From NCBI GenBank assembly GCA_951406725.2, contig OX597831.1, positions 42,098,001 to 42,162,000 of the forward strand: DNA of 64,000 bases, read 5' to 3'. The DNA is from Octopus vulgaris (Eukaryota). Positions 37,290 through 50,893 of this stretch are shown piece after piece. Position 1 is the first letter of the stretch, and each line of letters begins with the position of its first letter. Under the pieces are notes generated by a model. It was not told where the DNA came from and did no database searches. It saw only the letters and a list, made by a program, of their open reading frames with translations. Both the position numbers and the translations under genes were made by a program.

Positions 37290-37837
37290 AAAAACATTTC
37301 TCTTTTGCTTATTTTATGTGTAAAAAGTCCATGAAATGGATGCAGGCACAGCTGTGAGGTTAAGAAGCTCACTTTGCAGTCAAGTGGTTTCTAGTTTACT
37401 TTTACTGTGGCACCTTAGGCATGTGCCTTCTACAATAACCCTCAGGTTAACCAAAACCTTGTGAGTGAATATGGCAAAGGGAAAATGTGTGAGCCTATCA
37501 TATATGTATATATGTGTGTTTTTGTGTGCCTCAGCCATTGCTTGACAAATGGTGCCATGTAGTGGGACTGAACCAGAAGCCACTTGACTGCAAAATAAGC
37601 TTCTTAACCCCACACTTGTACCCATGTCCATTTCATGTACCTTTACATATAAAATGAAAATAAAAATATAGGACCTGGTTTGATTTTTTGAGACAATTTT
37701 TAGGGAAAAAATTACATCTTAGATGCCATCAAATATGATAAGACTAAATGCAGTTATTTACTGCAAAAGGAATCTACAGTTGAATCTATTATAGCCCCTA
37801 GAAGGAACATTGATAAAATTTTGTTCAGTAAACTTAC

Positions 37838-37936
37838 CGCCATTGTCAATGATACAGTCAACTCCCAGTCCCCCAGTCTCTTCCATTACACTGCTGCGTA
37901 ACATACTGCCGTGGCCACTCACATCAATTATTTGTG
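37838..37936 (-). CDS. CRYZL1: CRYZL1 exon 7 (AQIIDVSGHGSMLRSSVMEETGGLGVDCIIDNG)
   Basis: 99 nt, EETGGLGVD motif, canonical splice sites. Confidence 0.96.
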
Positions 37937-38279
37937 CTGAAAGGAGAGTGAATTATACACTGTTAAAAAAAGAAGTTAGAGAATGTCTTGAGCCAAGAGG
38001 CTAATTAAGCCAGAGCTTATTGTAGGCTCTAAAGCATTTAAGTGAACGAGAGTATAAGACAACACCCTAAACAAAATGCCAGACCATTGTAGGGTTAACT
38101 TTCCAGTTGCTACTGGTACAACTCCAGGTCACTGGACTGGACTGGAGCAACAAGAGATAATATGTGTCCTTGCATATAGACACTGGCATAGCTGGAATCA
38201 GAGAATAACAAAACATTTGTCCAATTTTTACTGTGTTGATAATTCAGCTAAGTTCCAGAAGATCAAGACAAATGACTCC

Positions 38280-38720
38280 CTTGTGCTGATTACTGGCTCT
38301 TGAACTTTTGAAGCCATGGAATGGAAAAGCGGTGTGCCACCATTCTGTGAACTCAGACTTCCTTTTTAGATCATAAAAATATACGTTTCATCCCCTGTCA
38401 CCAGATTAAAATGAAATGTGTTCTCATCGGCTTCAAATGCTTCCAGCAGATCTGAGCAGACTTCCATACTTTTCTCTTTCAAATCATCTGTCAACTGCCA
38501 AGGTACCCAGTTTGCACAGGTTTTCTAATGACCAGTCTTTCACCATTTCCCGTAATCTATTTTGACCATAGTCCAGTTATGCAACAAGTTCCACAAACTG
38601 CAACTTGTTTATCGATGCATATCATTTCATGTACTTGTCAGCAGCTGCAGTTGAGTGGCCTTACACTGTGTGGTTTCCCTTTCTCTGAACTTCTTCCATC
38701 TGTACACATTGCTCTTGTCA
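38280..38720 (-). mobile_element. Mariner transposase remnant
   Basis: CANWVPWQLT...LVTGDETYIF (WVPxxL and TGDETW motifs). Confidence 0.85.
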
Positions 38721-38865
38721 ATGGTGTCATCTTTGTAAACAACCCATAGCATGGCCACTGTTCAATAGAACATGTAAATAAAAGATAAAAGACAATAAAA
38801 TTGATAAGAATATGTTTTTAGAAAGAATGGAGTACCAAGGTGGAATAAGATTAACTATTATTTAC

Positions 38866-38929
38866 CTAATGAAGGGATTGAAGACTTTAAAAAATTCCGT
38901 TCATCTGCAGAAGCCACAGTTGTAATAAC
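38866..38929 (-). CDS. CRYZL1: CRYZL1 exon 6 (VITTVASADERNFLKSSIPSL)
   Basis: 64 nt, ctctctag acceptor, GTAAAT donor, phases consistent. Confidence 0.9.
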
Positions 38930-39017
38930 CTAGAGAGATTTATAATATATATTAAAATATATTAACTAACAATGATAAATCTCAGAGCGAGTTATAAACA
39001 GTAGCGATAACACATCG

Positions 39018-39120
39018 TGACGCATATTTGCCATTTGAATATGGCTAACCCCTAAGGGTGGACCCCTAAGTAGCATCCACCCTTAGGGGTTAGCCATATT
39101 CAAATGGCAAATATGCGTCA
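39018..39120. repeat. Perfect 45-bp inverted repeat with a 13-nt spacer
   Basis: 39018-39062 is the exact reverse complement of 39076-39120. Homologous to 63318-63365. Confidence 0.95.
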
Positions 39121-39745
39121 AGATATATTAACTAAAATTCATGAAAAATAATAGGATGTGTGACACTTCCCACTGTTACTACTCTAAATTTTATATTTCC
39201 ACTGTCCGCTGCAATTAATATTACAATTCAAAAGGTATTTTTTTTAATAGGAATTTTATCAAGATTTAATACGAAAAACACACTGTGGAAAAAAAAAACA
39301 TGAAAATCCAGGCTCAAGGGGAGGTAATTCAGTGAGTATTATTCTTAAATATATACATACATGTTTATGTAGTGTATACACACATATTTGCATATATATT
39401 TATTTATTTATATAATCATCGTCATCATTCATCGGCATTTCACATCCACTTTTACATGCTAGCATGGATTGATTGGCTAACTGGTTAAATGGTTAACTAT
39501 CAGATTAATAATAATAATAACAACAACAACAACAATAATAGCTTCAAATTTTGGCACAGGGCCAGCAATTTCGGGGGAAAGAGTAAGTCGGTTACATTGA
39601 TTCCAGTACTTATTTAATCAACCCCGAAAGGATGAAAGGAAAAGTCAACTTCAGTGGAATTTGAACTCAGACCGTGAAAATGGATGAAATACTGCTAAGC
39701 ATTTTGCCCGTCATGGTAACAATTCTGCCAGCTCACAGCTTTATT

Positions 39746-39780
<35 letters not shown>

Positions 39781-40536
39781 GGTTTAAAATTTTGCCACAA
39801 GGGCAGTCATTTTGGGGGAGGGGAAGAGTTGATTACATTGACTCCAGTGTTTCACTGGTACTTAATTTATTGACCCCCAAATATGAAGGGTAAAGTCGAC
39901 CTTGGTGGAATTTGAACTCAGTACGTGGCGATGGGTAAAATATTGCTCAGCAGTTCACCTGGCATGCTAACAATTCTGCCAGCTCACTGCCTTAATAATA
40001 CTAATAATTTATAGGCATAAAGCCTGAAATTTGGGTGAAGGGAATAGTGAATTGCATCGACCCTAGTACTCACCAGGTACTTAATTTATTGACCCCGAAA
40101 GGATGAAAGGCAAAGACGACCTCAATGGAATTTGAACTCAGAACAAAGAGACAGGTGAAATACCAGTCAGTATTTCACCTGGTATGCTAATGATTCTGTC
40201 AGCTTGCAGCCTTAATAATAATAATCATCATCATCATCGTTTAACGTCCGTTCTCCATGCCAGCATGGGTTGGACGGTACGACTGGGGATCTGGGAAGCC
40301 AGAAGGCTGCACCAGGCTCCAGTCTGATCTGGCAGTGTTTCTACGGCTGGATGCCCTTCCTAACGCCAACCACTCCATGAGTGTAGTGGGTGCTTTTTAC
40401 GTGCCACCTGTACAGGTGCCAGGCGAGGCTGGCAACGGCCAAGATCGGATTGGTGCATTTCACGTACCACCGGCATGGAAGCCAGTCAAGGCGGCGCTGG
40501 CATCGGCCACGATTTGGATAGTGCTTTTTACGTGCC

Positions 40537-40568
<32 letters not shown>

Positions 40569-41259
40569 GAAGAAGAAGAAGAACAACAACAACAACAACA
40601 ACAATAATGATGATGATCATAATAATAATAATAATCCTTTCTACAATAGGCACAAGGCCTGAAATTTGGGTGGTGGGGATAAGTCGATTACATCGCCCCC
40701 AGTGAGTAACTGGTACTTAATCTATTGACCACGAAAGGATGAAAGGCAAAGTCAACCTCGATGGAATTTGAACTCAGAACATAGAGACAGATGAAATACT
40801 GCTCAGTATTTCACCTGGCATGCTAACGATTCTGCCAGCTCCCTGCTGCTGCAGCAGCAGCAGTAGCATCATCATCATCATCATCAATAACAACAACAAC
40901 AATGTGTCAAGTTTTGGCACAAGGCCAGCAATTTTGAGGAGCGGGGTAAGTTGATTACACCAACCTCAGTACTTGATTGATATTTATTTTATGGACCCCC
41001 AACAAAGATGAAAGGCAAACTCGGCCTTGGCAAGATTTGAACTCAGGGTGTAAAGAGCCAGAAGAAATGCCACTAGGCATTTTGTTTGGTGCAGTAACGA
41101 TTTTGCCAGCTTGCTTGCCTTACTGCCAATAATATTAATAATAGAAAAAAGTGAAATAGAATCAGTGTGTGTGTTTATTTTGGCATAATGACCCAAGGTA
41201 CCACAAAAGAAGGCATTTATTTATTTATTTCATTGAAACTGAAGATGAATTGTCTTTAC

Positions 41260-41441
41260 CTTTGCCCCCCAACTCAGGGCTAGCTGAATGGTAATACTGC
41301 CAAAAGTAGAGGCTCCATCCATTACGAGTATTGTGTCTCCAGCACAGAGTCGACAGAGGTAGTGAAGTGCAGTGTAAGCATGTAAGCAATCACCGATGCC
41401 ACAAGCAGCATCTTCAAAACTCAACATCTCAGGTTTCTTTA
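41260..41441 (-). CDS. CRYZL1: CRYZL1 exon 5 (VKKPEMLSFEDAACGIGDCLHAYTALHYLCRLCAGDTILVMDGASTFGSITIQLALSWGAK)
   Basis: 182 nt, AG/GT boundaries. AYTALHY and MDGAS.FG..IQLA..GAK are diagnostic of CRYZL1. Confidence 0.97.
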
Positions 41442-41739
41442 CTATTAAGAAAGAAAGAAAGAATGTGAGAAATGATAACAGAATAGAATAAGATGTCATT
41501 AAAAAGTATAAGATTATAAAATATCTGACGCATTTGAAAAGAGTACAAATGGTATAGTCTGTGTGTGTGTGTGTGTACAGATATATACACATATATACAT
41601 ATGCATATATGTGTGTGAATATGTATATATATATGAGTATATATGTATATGTATGTGTATTTATATATAAATATATAAATATACATGTATGTGTATGTAT
41701 ATGTATATATGAGTGTATATGTGTGTGTGTATGTATGTA

Positions 41740-41800
<61 letters not shown>

Positions 41801-42423
41801 GGATATGTTAAAATCGGCAAGCCAAGTGAGACCATAACCTGTGGCCTATGCCAGGAGTGTAACCAGCCCACTTATGCATACCTTTCCTTCATTGGACACT
41901 AAACTCTGCTTGTGAAGACCTGTTGAGGCAAGTGAAATTGAAATTGAATTCGATGACTGACATCCATGCTAGTAGAGTGCTAAGAGCACCATCCAACCGT
42001 GATCATTGCCAGGGCAGCTAAATGGCTTCTGTGCCACTGGCATGTAAAAAGCACCATTGGAGCATGATCGTTACTAGTGTCGCCTTACTGGCATTTGTGC
42101 CGGTGGCATGTGAAAAACAATATTCAAGTGAGGTTGTTGCCAGTGCCACTGGACTGGCTTCTGTGCAGGTGGCACGTAAAAAACACCATTTGAGCGTAGC
42201 TGTTGCCACTACCACCTGACTGGCTCTTGTGCTGGTAGCACATAAAAGCACCCACTACACTCTCTGAGTGGTCGGTGTTAGGAAGGGCGTCCAGCTGTAG
42301 AAACTCTGCCAGACAAAAATGGTGCCTGGTGCAGCCATCTGGCTTGCCAGTCCTCAGTCAAATCGTCCAACCCATGCCAGTATGGAAAGCGGATGTTAAA
42401 CGATGATGATGATGATGATATAT

Positions 42424-42471
<48 letters not shown>

Positions 42472-42872
42472 AGTATATGAGTATACACATCATCATCATT
42501 GTCTTAATTTTACATCTACTTTTCCAGGCTAGCATAGGTTGAAGGAGTCATTACAATCTCAGCCAGTTTTTATATGAACAAATTGCTTCTCTGGATGTAT
42601 TGAGGACCACATCTCACTTGTACTTTTCATTTTAGCATGGTTTCTACAGGAGAATACTCTCTTTCTCTCTCTGCTGTAAAAGCCATACAAAAAATAAGAT
42701 AAAACAAAACAAAACAAGAAAACAGGATGGTCATTACAGGAACACATTTGATCCATACATCCATTCACTCAATACTGATCTTGGAGAAGATGGGGTGTTG
42801 AAACAACAACAGCAGCAGCAGCAGCAACAACAAAATAAAAAAACTAATAGAGAAACTCAGCTCTCTACTTAC

Positions 42873-42941
42873 CAATGTCATATTCATGGAATATACAATA
42901 TTCGGCACAGCCAGAATTAATGCTGGAAAGCGGAACCACGC
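42873..42941 (-). CDS. CRYZL1: CRYZL1 exon 4 (GVVPLSSINSGCAEYCIFHEYDI)
   Basis: ctttcttattttcag acceptor, 69 nt, GTAAGT donor, phases consistent with neighbours. Confidence 0.93.
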
Positions 42942-43085
42942 CTGAAAATAAGAAAGAAGAAAACAACTTTCAGTAAAAGAAATTCGAATGTGAACCATAG
43001 CAGTGAGAAGTGACACACTGTTGTTCTTCCAAGAGGCAACGTATATTTATTAATTAATTACTTATTTTATTATTGTAGATATTTT

Positions 43086-43193
43086 TAACCTGATGAGTGG
43101 CTATATTTATATTGAAGTGATTTTTACTACTACTACTACTAATATTTTTACTATAATCATTTCTTAAATATAGCCACAAAACATGTGTCATTA
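43086..43193 (+). ncRNA. Degenerate hammerhead (GAAA changed to AAAA) in a pLTR-like repeat
   Basis: CTGATGA, perfect 13-bp stem gtggctatattta/taaatatagccac, then AAAA-catgt-GTC. A related degenerate copy lies at 48612-48712 (-). Confidence 0.55.
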
Positions 43194-44568
43194 TTCTACC
43201 AAATATATACGTTTCATTTATTATTTTGCACATTACTTAATCATCGGTATATTATTTTTTATCTGATATTTAATATTTCTATTATATGTAATTTTCTAGA
43301 TGGTGTAATTTCATTTTTCATTTTGAATTGATAAAAGGTGTTTTTTTTTCTAATTTATATATATATTATATTTTGTGAAATTTGATTTAGTCTTTCTAAA
43401 TTGAATTTTTCCCTGTAAGTTTGGAATAATATTCCCTCAATTTATTATTATTATTATTATTATATATCATCATCATCATTTAACGTCCATTTATCATGCT
43501 GTCATAAGTGGATGGTTTGACAAAAGGTGGCAATCCAAACAGCTGCATCAGGCTCCAATTGTCTGTTTGGTAAGAGTTTGACATCTGGATGCCCTTCCTA
43601 ATGCATCCACTTTACATGGCACCAGCATAGGTGCCTTTTAAATAACACCAGCATGGGTGCTTTTTGCATGTGTGTGTATACACACATACACATACATTTA
43701 GTTGGGTGTATCACTGAAAGAAAAAAAATATTCAATACAAGTAACAGAGTTTATTTATATCTACTTTAAATTTTCTACACAAAATACATGTCCTGCTTTT
43801 ATGTTGCATTTCTTCTAAAACAATGTTCAATTTAATCCTATTGCTGTTGTTTAACCCAGGGTCAGCTCTGCTCAAGTAGACCTATGTCTTGAAGTTACGA
43901 TCTATTGTTCAAAATGTATTATGTCATCATTTTTCTAAAGAAACCTTTTTACTGTTAGTTCTCAACTGGTGGCCATATGACCATATAAGATTTTATTGTT
44001 AAAATTTATGCACAAGAAAATGGTTATATTTCTACAATACACAAACTGTTTTAACCATATTTTATATAATTCTATTAATATTTAATTTTAAAAATATAAT
44101 AAGATTTTTTAAACATCAAAAGACTATCTGAGCGAAATAGAAATTGGAGGGGTATGTATGTGAAAAATGTGTGTTGTGTTCTTCAGCAAAATACTTTATT
44201 TCACGTTGCTCCAGTTCACAAATTGGTACAAAAAAGTTGCAATGTCAATGGTGCCAAGCTGTATTAGCCTTTGCCTTTTCCTTGGATAATATCAGTGGCA
44301 TAGAAAGGGGAGGTTGGTATGCATGGACAACTGCTGGTCTTCCATAAACAACCATGCCTGGGCTTGTGCCTTGGAGGGGAACTTTCTAGGAGCAATTCCA
44401 TGGTCATTCATGACCGAACAGGGTCTACTCTTTACCCTGATATGCTAGAAATAGCAGCCATTCAAGTCTGACCTGAAGTTAAACAACAGAACAACAACTA
44501 TCTCAGCCTTATACACTAATTTAATTGAATAAATCACATTGTTGTCATTTTTAAAGTTAGATACTTAC

Positions 44569-44695
44569 CTACAACAACATCACCTTCTTTGAATGTCAAG
44601 ACACTTTCCCCTACTTGAGTGATAACTCCAGCTATATCTCGACCCACAGCATAATGTTTCTGATCAGGATTTTTTCGGAATACTTCATCAAGAAC
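44569..44695 (-). CDS. CRYZL1: CRYZL1 exon 3 (VLDEVFRKNPDQKHYAVGRDIAGVITQVGESVLTFKEGDVVV)
   Basis: AG acceptor, 127 nt, GTAAGT donor, phase 1. GRDIAGV..VG..V..F..GD.V motif of zeta-crystallin-like proteins. Confidence 0.95.
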
Positions 44696-45869
44696 CTATC
44701 AATGTCAAAAAATGAAATAAAAAAAAAGACACAGGTCATATGGTTTGAAGGTTGTTTATTATTATTATTATTAAAAAAGAGTACTAGTTGAGTATCCCCC
44801 AAAATTTCAGGTATTGTGCCTGAAGTAGAAAGGCTCATCATCAATGAGCTGGCAGAATTGTTCACATGCTGGACAAAATGCTTAGTGGTATTTTGCCCAT
44901 TACTATGTTCTAAGTTCAAATTCTGCCGGGGTCAACTTTGCCTTTCATCCTTTCGGGGTCAATGAAATAAGATCTAGTGAAACACTGGGGGTCGATGTGA
45001 TTGATTAATCCCCTCCCCCACAATTTCAGGCCTTGTGCCTATAGTAGAAAGGATTATTATCAAGGTGGTGAGCTGGCAGAATTGTTAGCATGCCAGACAA
45101 ACTGCTTAGCAGCATTTCTTCAAGCTCTTAACACCATGAGTTCAAAATCTATGAAAGCCGACTTTGCATTTCATCCTTTCAGGGTCAATGAAGTAAGTAC
45201 TGGTCAGGTACTGGGGTTGATGCAACTGACTTAACCTCTTCCTGAAATTACTGGCCTTGTGCAAAAATTTGAAATCATCATCATCATCATTATTATTAAT
45301 ATTGAGCCCAGTATACTCATCATGACTATCTGTCTGATAAAGGTACACCAGGCACGTGCATTACAACCAAATGTGCACGACATGGTGATCTCATATCAAG
45401 ATAAACAGCACATGACCTTGCAGGCGGGGCCCAGTTAGAATTTTCTTCTGGTCGAGTAGCCCATCCTGCTCAAAAGGTCCCTGAATAAGGATTGTTTAAG
45501 GATGTTGAACGAACCACCCATGTTTCCAAAGGTGAATTATCCAAACCTCCAAGAATTCCTTTCAACACACGGTTATGATGCTCCCCCATTACTTCTGCTT
45601 GTGGTCAGAGATGCACATATCGTCAACCACTAAGGGACATGCTCAACTGGTTACGGTCAAACAACTGACAAGCAAATATGTGATATTGAGCAGAATATTT
45701 GCTGTAGCCCATCTTTTATACCAAGACAAAATAATGTACATGATAACACTGCCAATCAGTTAAGATCAGAAGCCATGAGAGCCACTGTCTGGCACTGCAT
45801 CAGGGCATTTATTATTATTATTATAAATTTTTGAAGCATTTTCTACGCATAATGTCCTTCTATTTCTTT

Positions 45870-47044
45870 TTAACCCTTTCGATACCAACCCGTCTGAAAC
45901 CAACTCTGGCTCTGTAATACAAATGTCTTGTTTTCATAAGTTTTGAATTAAAATCTTCCACCAAACTTTAGTGACAGTTTATGTTCCTAACACTATCTTA
46001 ATGATAACTAAGTTATTTCACTAAATTCTTTGTTATATTTAAAAGTAATTGAAAGAAACACAGAGCATCTTAACAGAAATATGGTAACAAAAGGGTTAAT
46101 GTAACTTTGTCATTTTTCATCTCTAAACATTTTTTTACCAGCCCCAACCCCTACCTAATTTGTGACATTTCATGTATGAATGGCAAGTGGATGTAATGAT
46201 TGCTCTTAGTAGCAGTCACATGATCTTTTAAACAATATTTGGGAGAGTCTAGATTGCTGAGTCAACATGAGACAGAGCAACCAACCAAAAGATCAGAGAT
46301 ACATATTCTGTAAACAGTATAAAATTGTATCCTTGGCCAAGACACTCAACTGTATAATAGTTTGGTTCACCTAGCAGAAAACTTATATGAAAAAATAGGA
46401 ACAACTTTTTTTTATCTATTTCTTTGGAATTTTTGTTAGATATTAGAATCTTCCATGGTTTGGACTTAGTCCATCCATTTTAAAGTGTGTAATCATTTCT
46501 AATAATAAATTTCAGGTTTCATCTCAGAATTATGGATAACCTTCAGCAGTTGATAAATCTGGAATCATTTTAGGATATTTCTCAAGTCAAGCTTTGAATG
46601 TATTGAAAGGAATAATCAAGATGTAAAAATAAAAGAACTGCTAAGTCCGAAGAATAAGAGCAATAACTAACGACTCTTTTTTAAAGTTTCTGAAAGTGAT
46701 GGAAGAAAGTTTGCTCTCCTTACACTAGAAACATGGCCAAAATGCTTTGCAACAGAGTGGACCCTACAAAAGGTACCCCACAGGCATGGGGCAGACTTAA
46801 ACCAGGCAGTGGATTAACCCTTTCATTACCATATCTATTTTGAGATGCTCTCTTTCTTCCGATTATTTTAAACATAACAAAGAATATTTTAAATATAACA
46901 AAGTAAAATAACTTAGTTATCATTAAGCTAGTGTTAGGAACATAAACTATGACTAAGGTTTGGCGGAAGATTTTAATTCAAAACATATGAAAACAAGACA
47001 TTTGTACGACAGAGCCAGAGCCAGGTTGGTAACAAAAGGGTTAA
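45870..47044. mobile_element. Two piggyBac-type MITEs (45870-46099 and 46814-47044) in opposite orientation
   Basis: TTAA|CCCTTT...AAAGGG|TTAA termini, and the internal sequences are reverse complements. Confidence 0.8.
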
Positions 47045-47726
47045 ATTAATCACCCATGGAATTCTGAAATTAATAAAAGTAAAATCCTTTGGAAAATTAG
47101 GGGTCAATAAATAAAAATAAACAAAATTAAGAGAAATTTTTTGCTATGGAGTTAAGAGGGGCATCCAGCTGTAAAAACCAGGCCAAAGCAGGCAATGGAA
47201 CTTGCTGCAGTCCTCTCACTTACCAGCTCCTGTCAAACCATCCAATCCATGCCAGCATGGAAAGCAGATGTTAAATGATGCTGATGATTGCTCCCAATCA
47301 GGTGTAAGCTGTGTAGTTAAGAAGCTCACTTTGCAACCATGTAGTTTCAAGTTCATTCCCATTGCGTGGCACCTTGACCAGGTGTCCTCTACTATAGTCT
47401 GAGGTGACCAATGTCTTGTGAGTGAATTTGATAGATGGAAACTGTGTGGAAACCTGATGTACATATATGTGTGCATTTTTGTGTTTGTGTTTGTCCCACC
47501 ACCATAATTGACAACTGTTGTTGGTTTATGTCCCTGTAACTTAGTGGTTCAGCAAAAGAGACTGATAGAACAAGTAGATTTGACAAAAATCCTTTGAGGT
47601 GGTGCTCCAGCACATCTACAGTCCAATGACTGAAACAAGTAAAAGATAAAAGCTGACTCCCATCCTCCCTTTACTGCCCTTTCATCCACAATACAAAACA
47701 CCCTGCAACAATAACAAAATAGATAC

Positions 47727-47804
47727 CTTCTGGTTGATAGGACTGAGAGCTGAGGTTTTGACCTTCACTTGAACTTCATTTTTGCCAGGAGATGGAACAG
47801 GCAG
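47727..47804 (-). CDS. CRYZL1: CRYZL1 exon 2 (LPVPSPGKNEVQVKVKTSALSPINQK)
   Basis: ttttcttcatcttcag acceptor, 78 nt, GTATCT donor. GroES-like MDR N-terminal motif. Confidence 0.92.
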
Positions 47805-48325
47805 CTGAAGATGAAGAAAATATAAAACATATGTATTTTGTTTATGAAGCACTTTTTAGTTATATATATTTACATATATATTCTTTTACTCTTTCAGATA
47901 GGCTTTCAGCGCATAAAGGCATTCTTGTTTATATCAGTAGCAGGGGAGGTAAATCATCCACCACTGCTGAGACCATCAGATCATGTGATTTCAGTCTTCC
48001 ATGGTCTTGTTAACGGTGACCACTTGGATGCTAGAGACAGCAGCAATGTATCTTTGTTAGTAATGTATAGAATCACAGTGCCAGAACAGATACTGGTGTC
48101 ACAATTGGCCAGTGGGCTTATTAAAATGTAATTATTAGTGACAGAAACAGAATTAATGCCAAAAGGTAATATTTAGCCCCACTTAAAAATGGATGTTCTG
48201 TTAGAACACAAAATATTGTGGAAGTTGCCATGACAAAAACTCTCATATTGGCTTTCACTGTATAAATGCACTTGCGATAAATATTACATTTGGGATTAAT
48301 GCTGCTTCTGTCACTAATAATTATA

Positions 48326-48359
<34 letters not shown>

Positions 48360-50281
48360 ATATTAAGGAGTATAACTCCAAACTTACAGGGAAAAATTCA
48401 ATTTAGTATTAAATCAAATTTCACAGTATAAATATATAAAATATAAATTAGAGATAAAACCACTGCAACTCAAACAGTGATAGACATAAACCAATACATA
48501 AATGACCAATATATACATATATAATTTTTTTTCTTTTTTTAATATATAACTTATAACTAGATCTCAAAAAGTATAAAATGAATGATAAATATATAATATA
48601 ATATGTAAAAACACTATGTACGTTTCATGGCTACAATTAAATTAGAATTACAATTAAGTTTAAATTCAATTGAAATAAATTCGATTTAAAATTATAGTTA
48701 ATCTTCAGGTTAATGATAATAGTTAAATAAGCAAATAGAGTTAACCCATTAGTGTTTAAACCGGCCATATCTGGCCCAGATATTCTACATGTTTTATATT
48801 CTAACTGGCCATATCCAGCCTCTTACACCTAACCTACATTGACATTCTAAAAATAGACAATCACATCACTGAAACCTCAAAGATATAACATAATGCATGA
48901 TTAATTCAAAACAATTTGAGTGAAAAAGTATTACATTTAACAGAGTAATCTGAACACTAAAGGGTTAAAAAATATTTAAGAAATAAATAAATAATAATTT
49001 TCTAATAGAAAAAAACTCCATTAACTAAATTGTAAACTTAAAACATTAGGATTATTTCCTACAACACATTTATTATGTCAAATATTTAATTTTTAATTTT
49101 TAAAGTAAAAAAATAGATAGAAATATGTATTTATCTTTGAAGATATAATTTGGCTTTAAAAAACATATATATATATAGCTAACTGGCTTCCGTGCCGGTG
49201 GCACGTAAAAAGCACCATTCGGGCATGATTGTTACCAGCGTCGCCTCACTGGCACGTGAAAAAGCATTCGAGTGAGGTCGTTACCAGTACCGCTGGACTG
49301 GCTCCTGTGCAGGTAGCACATAAAAAACACCATTTGAACGTGGCTGTTGCCAGTACCGCCTGACTGGCCCTCATGCTGGTGGCACGTAAAAGCACCCACT
49401 ACACTCTCGGAGTGGTCGGTGTTAGGAAGGGCTTCCAGCTGTAGAAACTCTGCCAGATCAAGATTGGAGCCTGGTGCAGCCATCTGGTTTGCCAGTTCTC
49501 AGTCAAAATTGTCTAATCCATTCTGGCATGGAAAGCAGACATTAAACGATGATGATGATGATATATATATAATGGTATAATTATAAACAGGGCAAATTTT
49601 AGCCATTTCTCTGCAGACTTAAAAAAAGGATGAACAACCTTAATCAATCTTCGAACCTTACTGGATTCACATCAGAGGCATTCACATCATTCTGACAGTC
49701 TCCAGAGAAACAATCAGCTAAACTGTTTATATACTCAACAAATGCAGCAGTTACTCTATGAAGGGGTCCCTAATTTGCATTCCAAAAGTGTTTAACACTC
49801 TATAAATACCAGCACCCTGTCAACAGGAATCTTAGTCCACACAGTATCAAGGTATGATATAATAAATGTGTAACATATGGTATAATTACATGTATTTATG
49901 TGTGTGTACCATCTCCACTCTTCACCCAAGGTAGCCATGTTTCACCTCTAATGCAAAACACTGTTTTCTACTTCTCAATGCAACTCCCCTCCCCCAGTCA
50001 AGGGGATCTTGTCCTGCAAATTTACTAGTTTACCTTTGACCTCACTGCTGTTGGTGCCACATAAAAAGTACTCAGTACACTCTATAAAGTGGTTGATATC
50101 AGGAAGGGCACCCAGGTGGAGAAACCATACCAAAGTAGACAACAGAGCTTGCTGCAGTCTTCTGACTTCCCACTGACTGTTGGGCTGTCCATTAGATGTT
50201 AAATGATAATGATCATCTCATTTCACATGCATTTTCAGATTTCATCTCTCCATTATTATGAATTTAAAGACAAGAAATGTA

Positions 50282-50328
<47 letters not shown>

Positions 50329-50391
50329 CATTTCACCCAGCGTGCTAACGATTCTGTCAGCTTGCTGCCTAAATAAAATAATAATAATAAT

Positions 50392-50660
50392 AACCAAGAC
50401 CTAGTATTTGAAGTAAAACGAATCAATAGAGCCTCAAAAGTGAGTGTGGTACCTATTGTTATCAGTGCACTTGGGACTGTCTCAAAGAGAGTAATATTCT
50501 GGCATCAAAAGCCGAAAATACCAAACTTCATAGGAAATATTCAGTTGACAGCAATACTTGGAGCAGCTCGTGTGTTGAGGAAAGTGTTACATCTCTAAGT
50601 TGCAGGATGGAGCTGAGGCATGACAAATACATCAGAAGTTTAGTGAATAAATGAAAATTA
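50392..50660 (+). mobile_element. R4/Dong-like non-LTR retrotransposon 3' fragment in a (TAA)n run
   Basis: QDLVFEVKRI...VSVVPIVISALGTV...IQLTAILGAARVLRKVL (REL C-terminus), with TAA repeats on both sides. Confidence 0.75.
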
Positions 50661-50893
50661 ATAATAATTGTTTCAAAATTTGGCACAAGGCTAGTAGTTT
50701 TAGGGAGAGGGGATTTGTCGATACTATTGATCTGAGTACTTCACTAGTACTTTATTTTGTCAACCCCAAGAAGAATGAAAGGTAAAATTTGTCTTTGGCA
50801 GAAGAGACAGGATAAATGCTGCAGGGCAATTTTTTTTCCGACGCTAATCTATCTCCAAAGAGATCCATAATCCGAAAAATCGTAACCTTAGAG

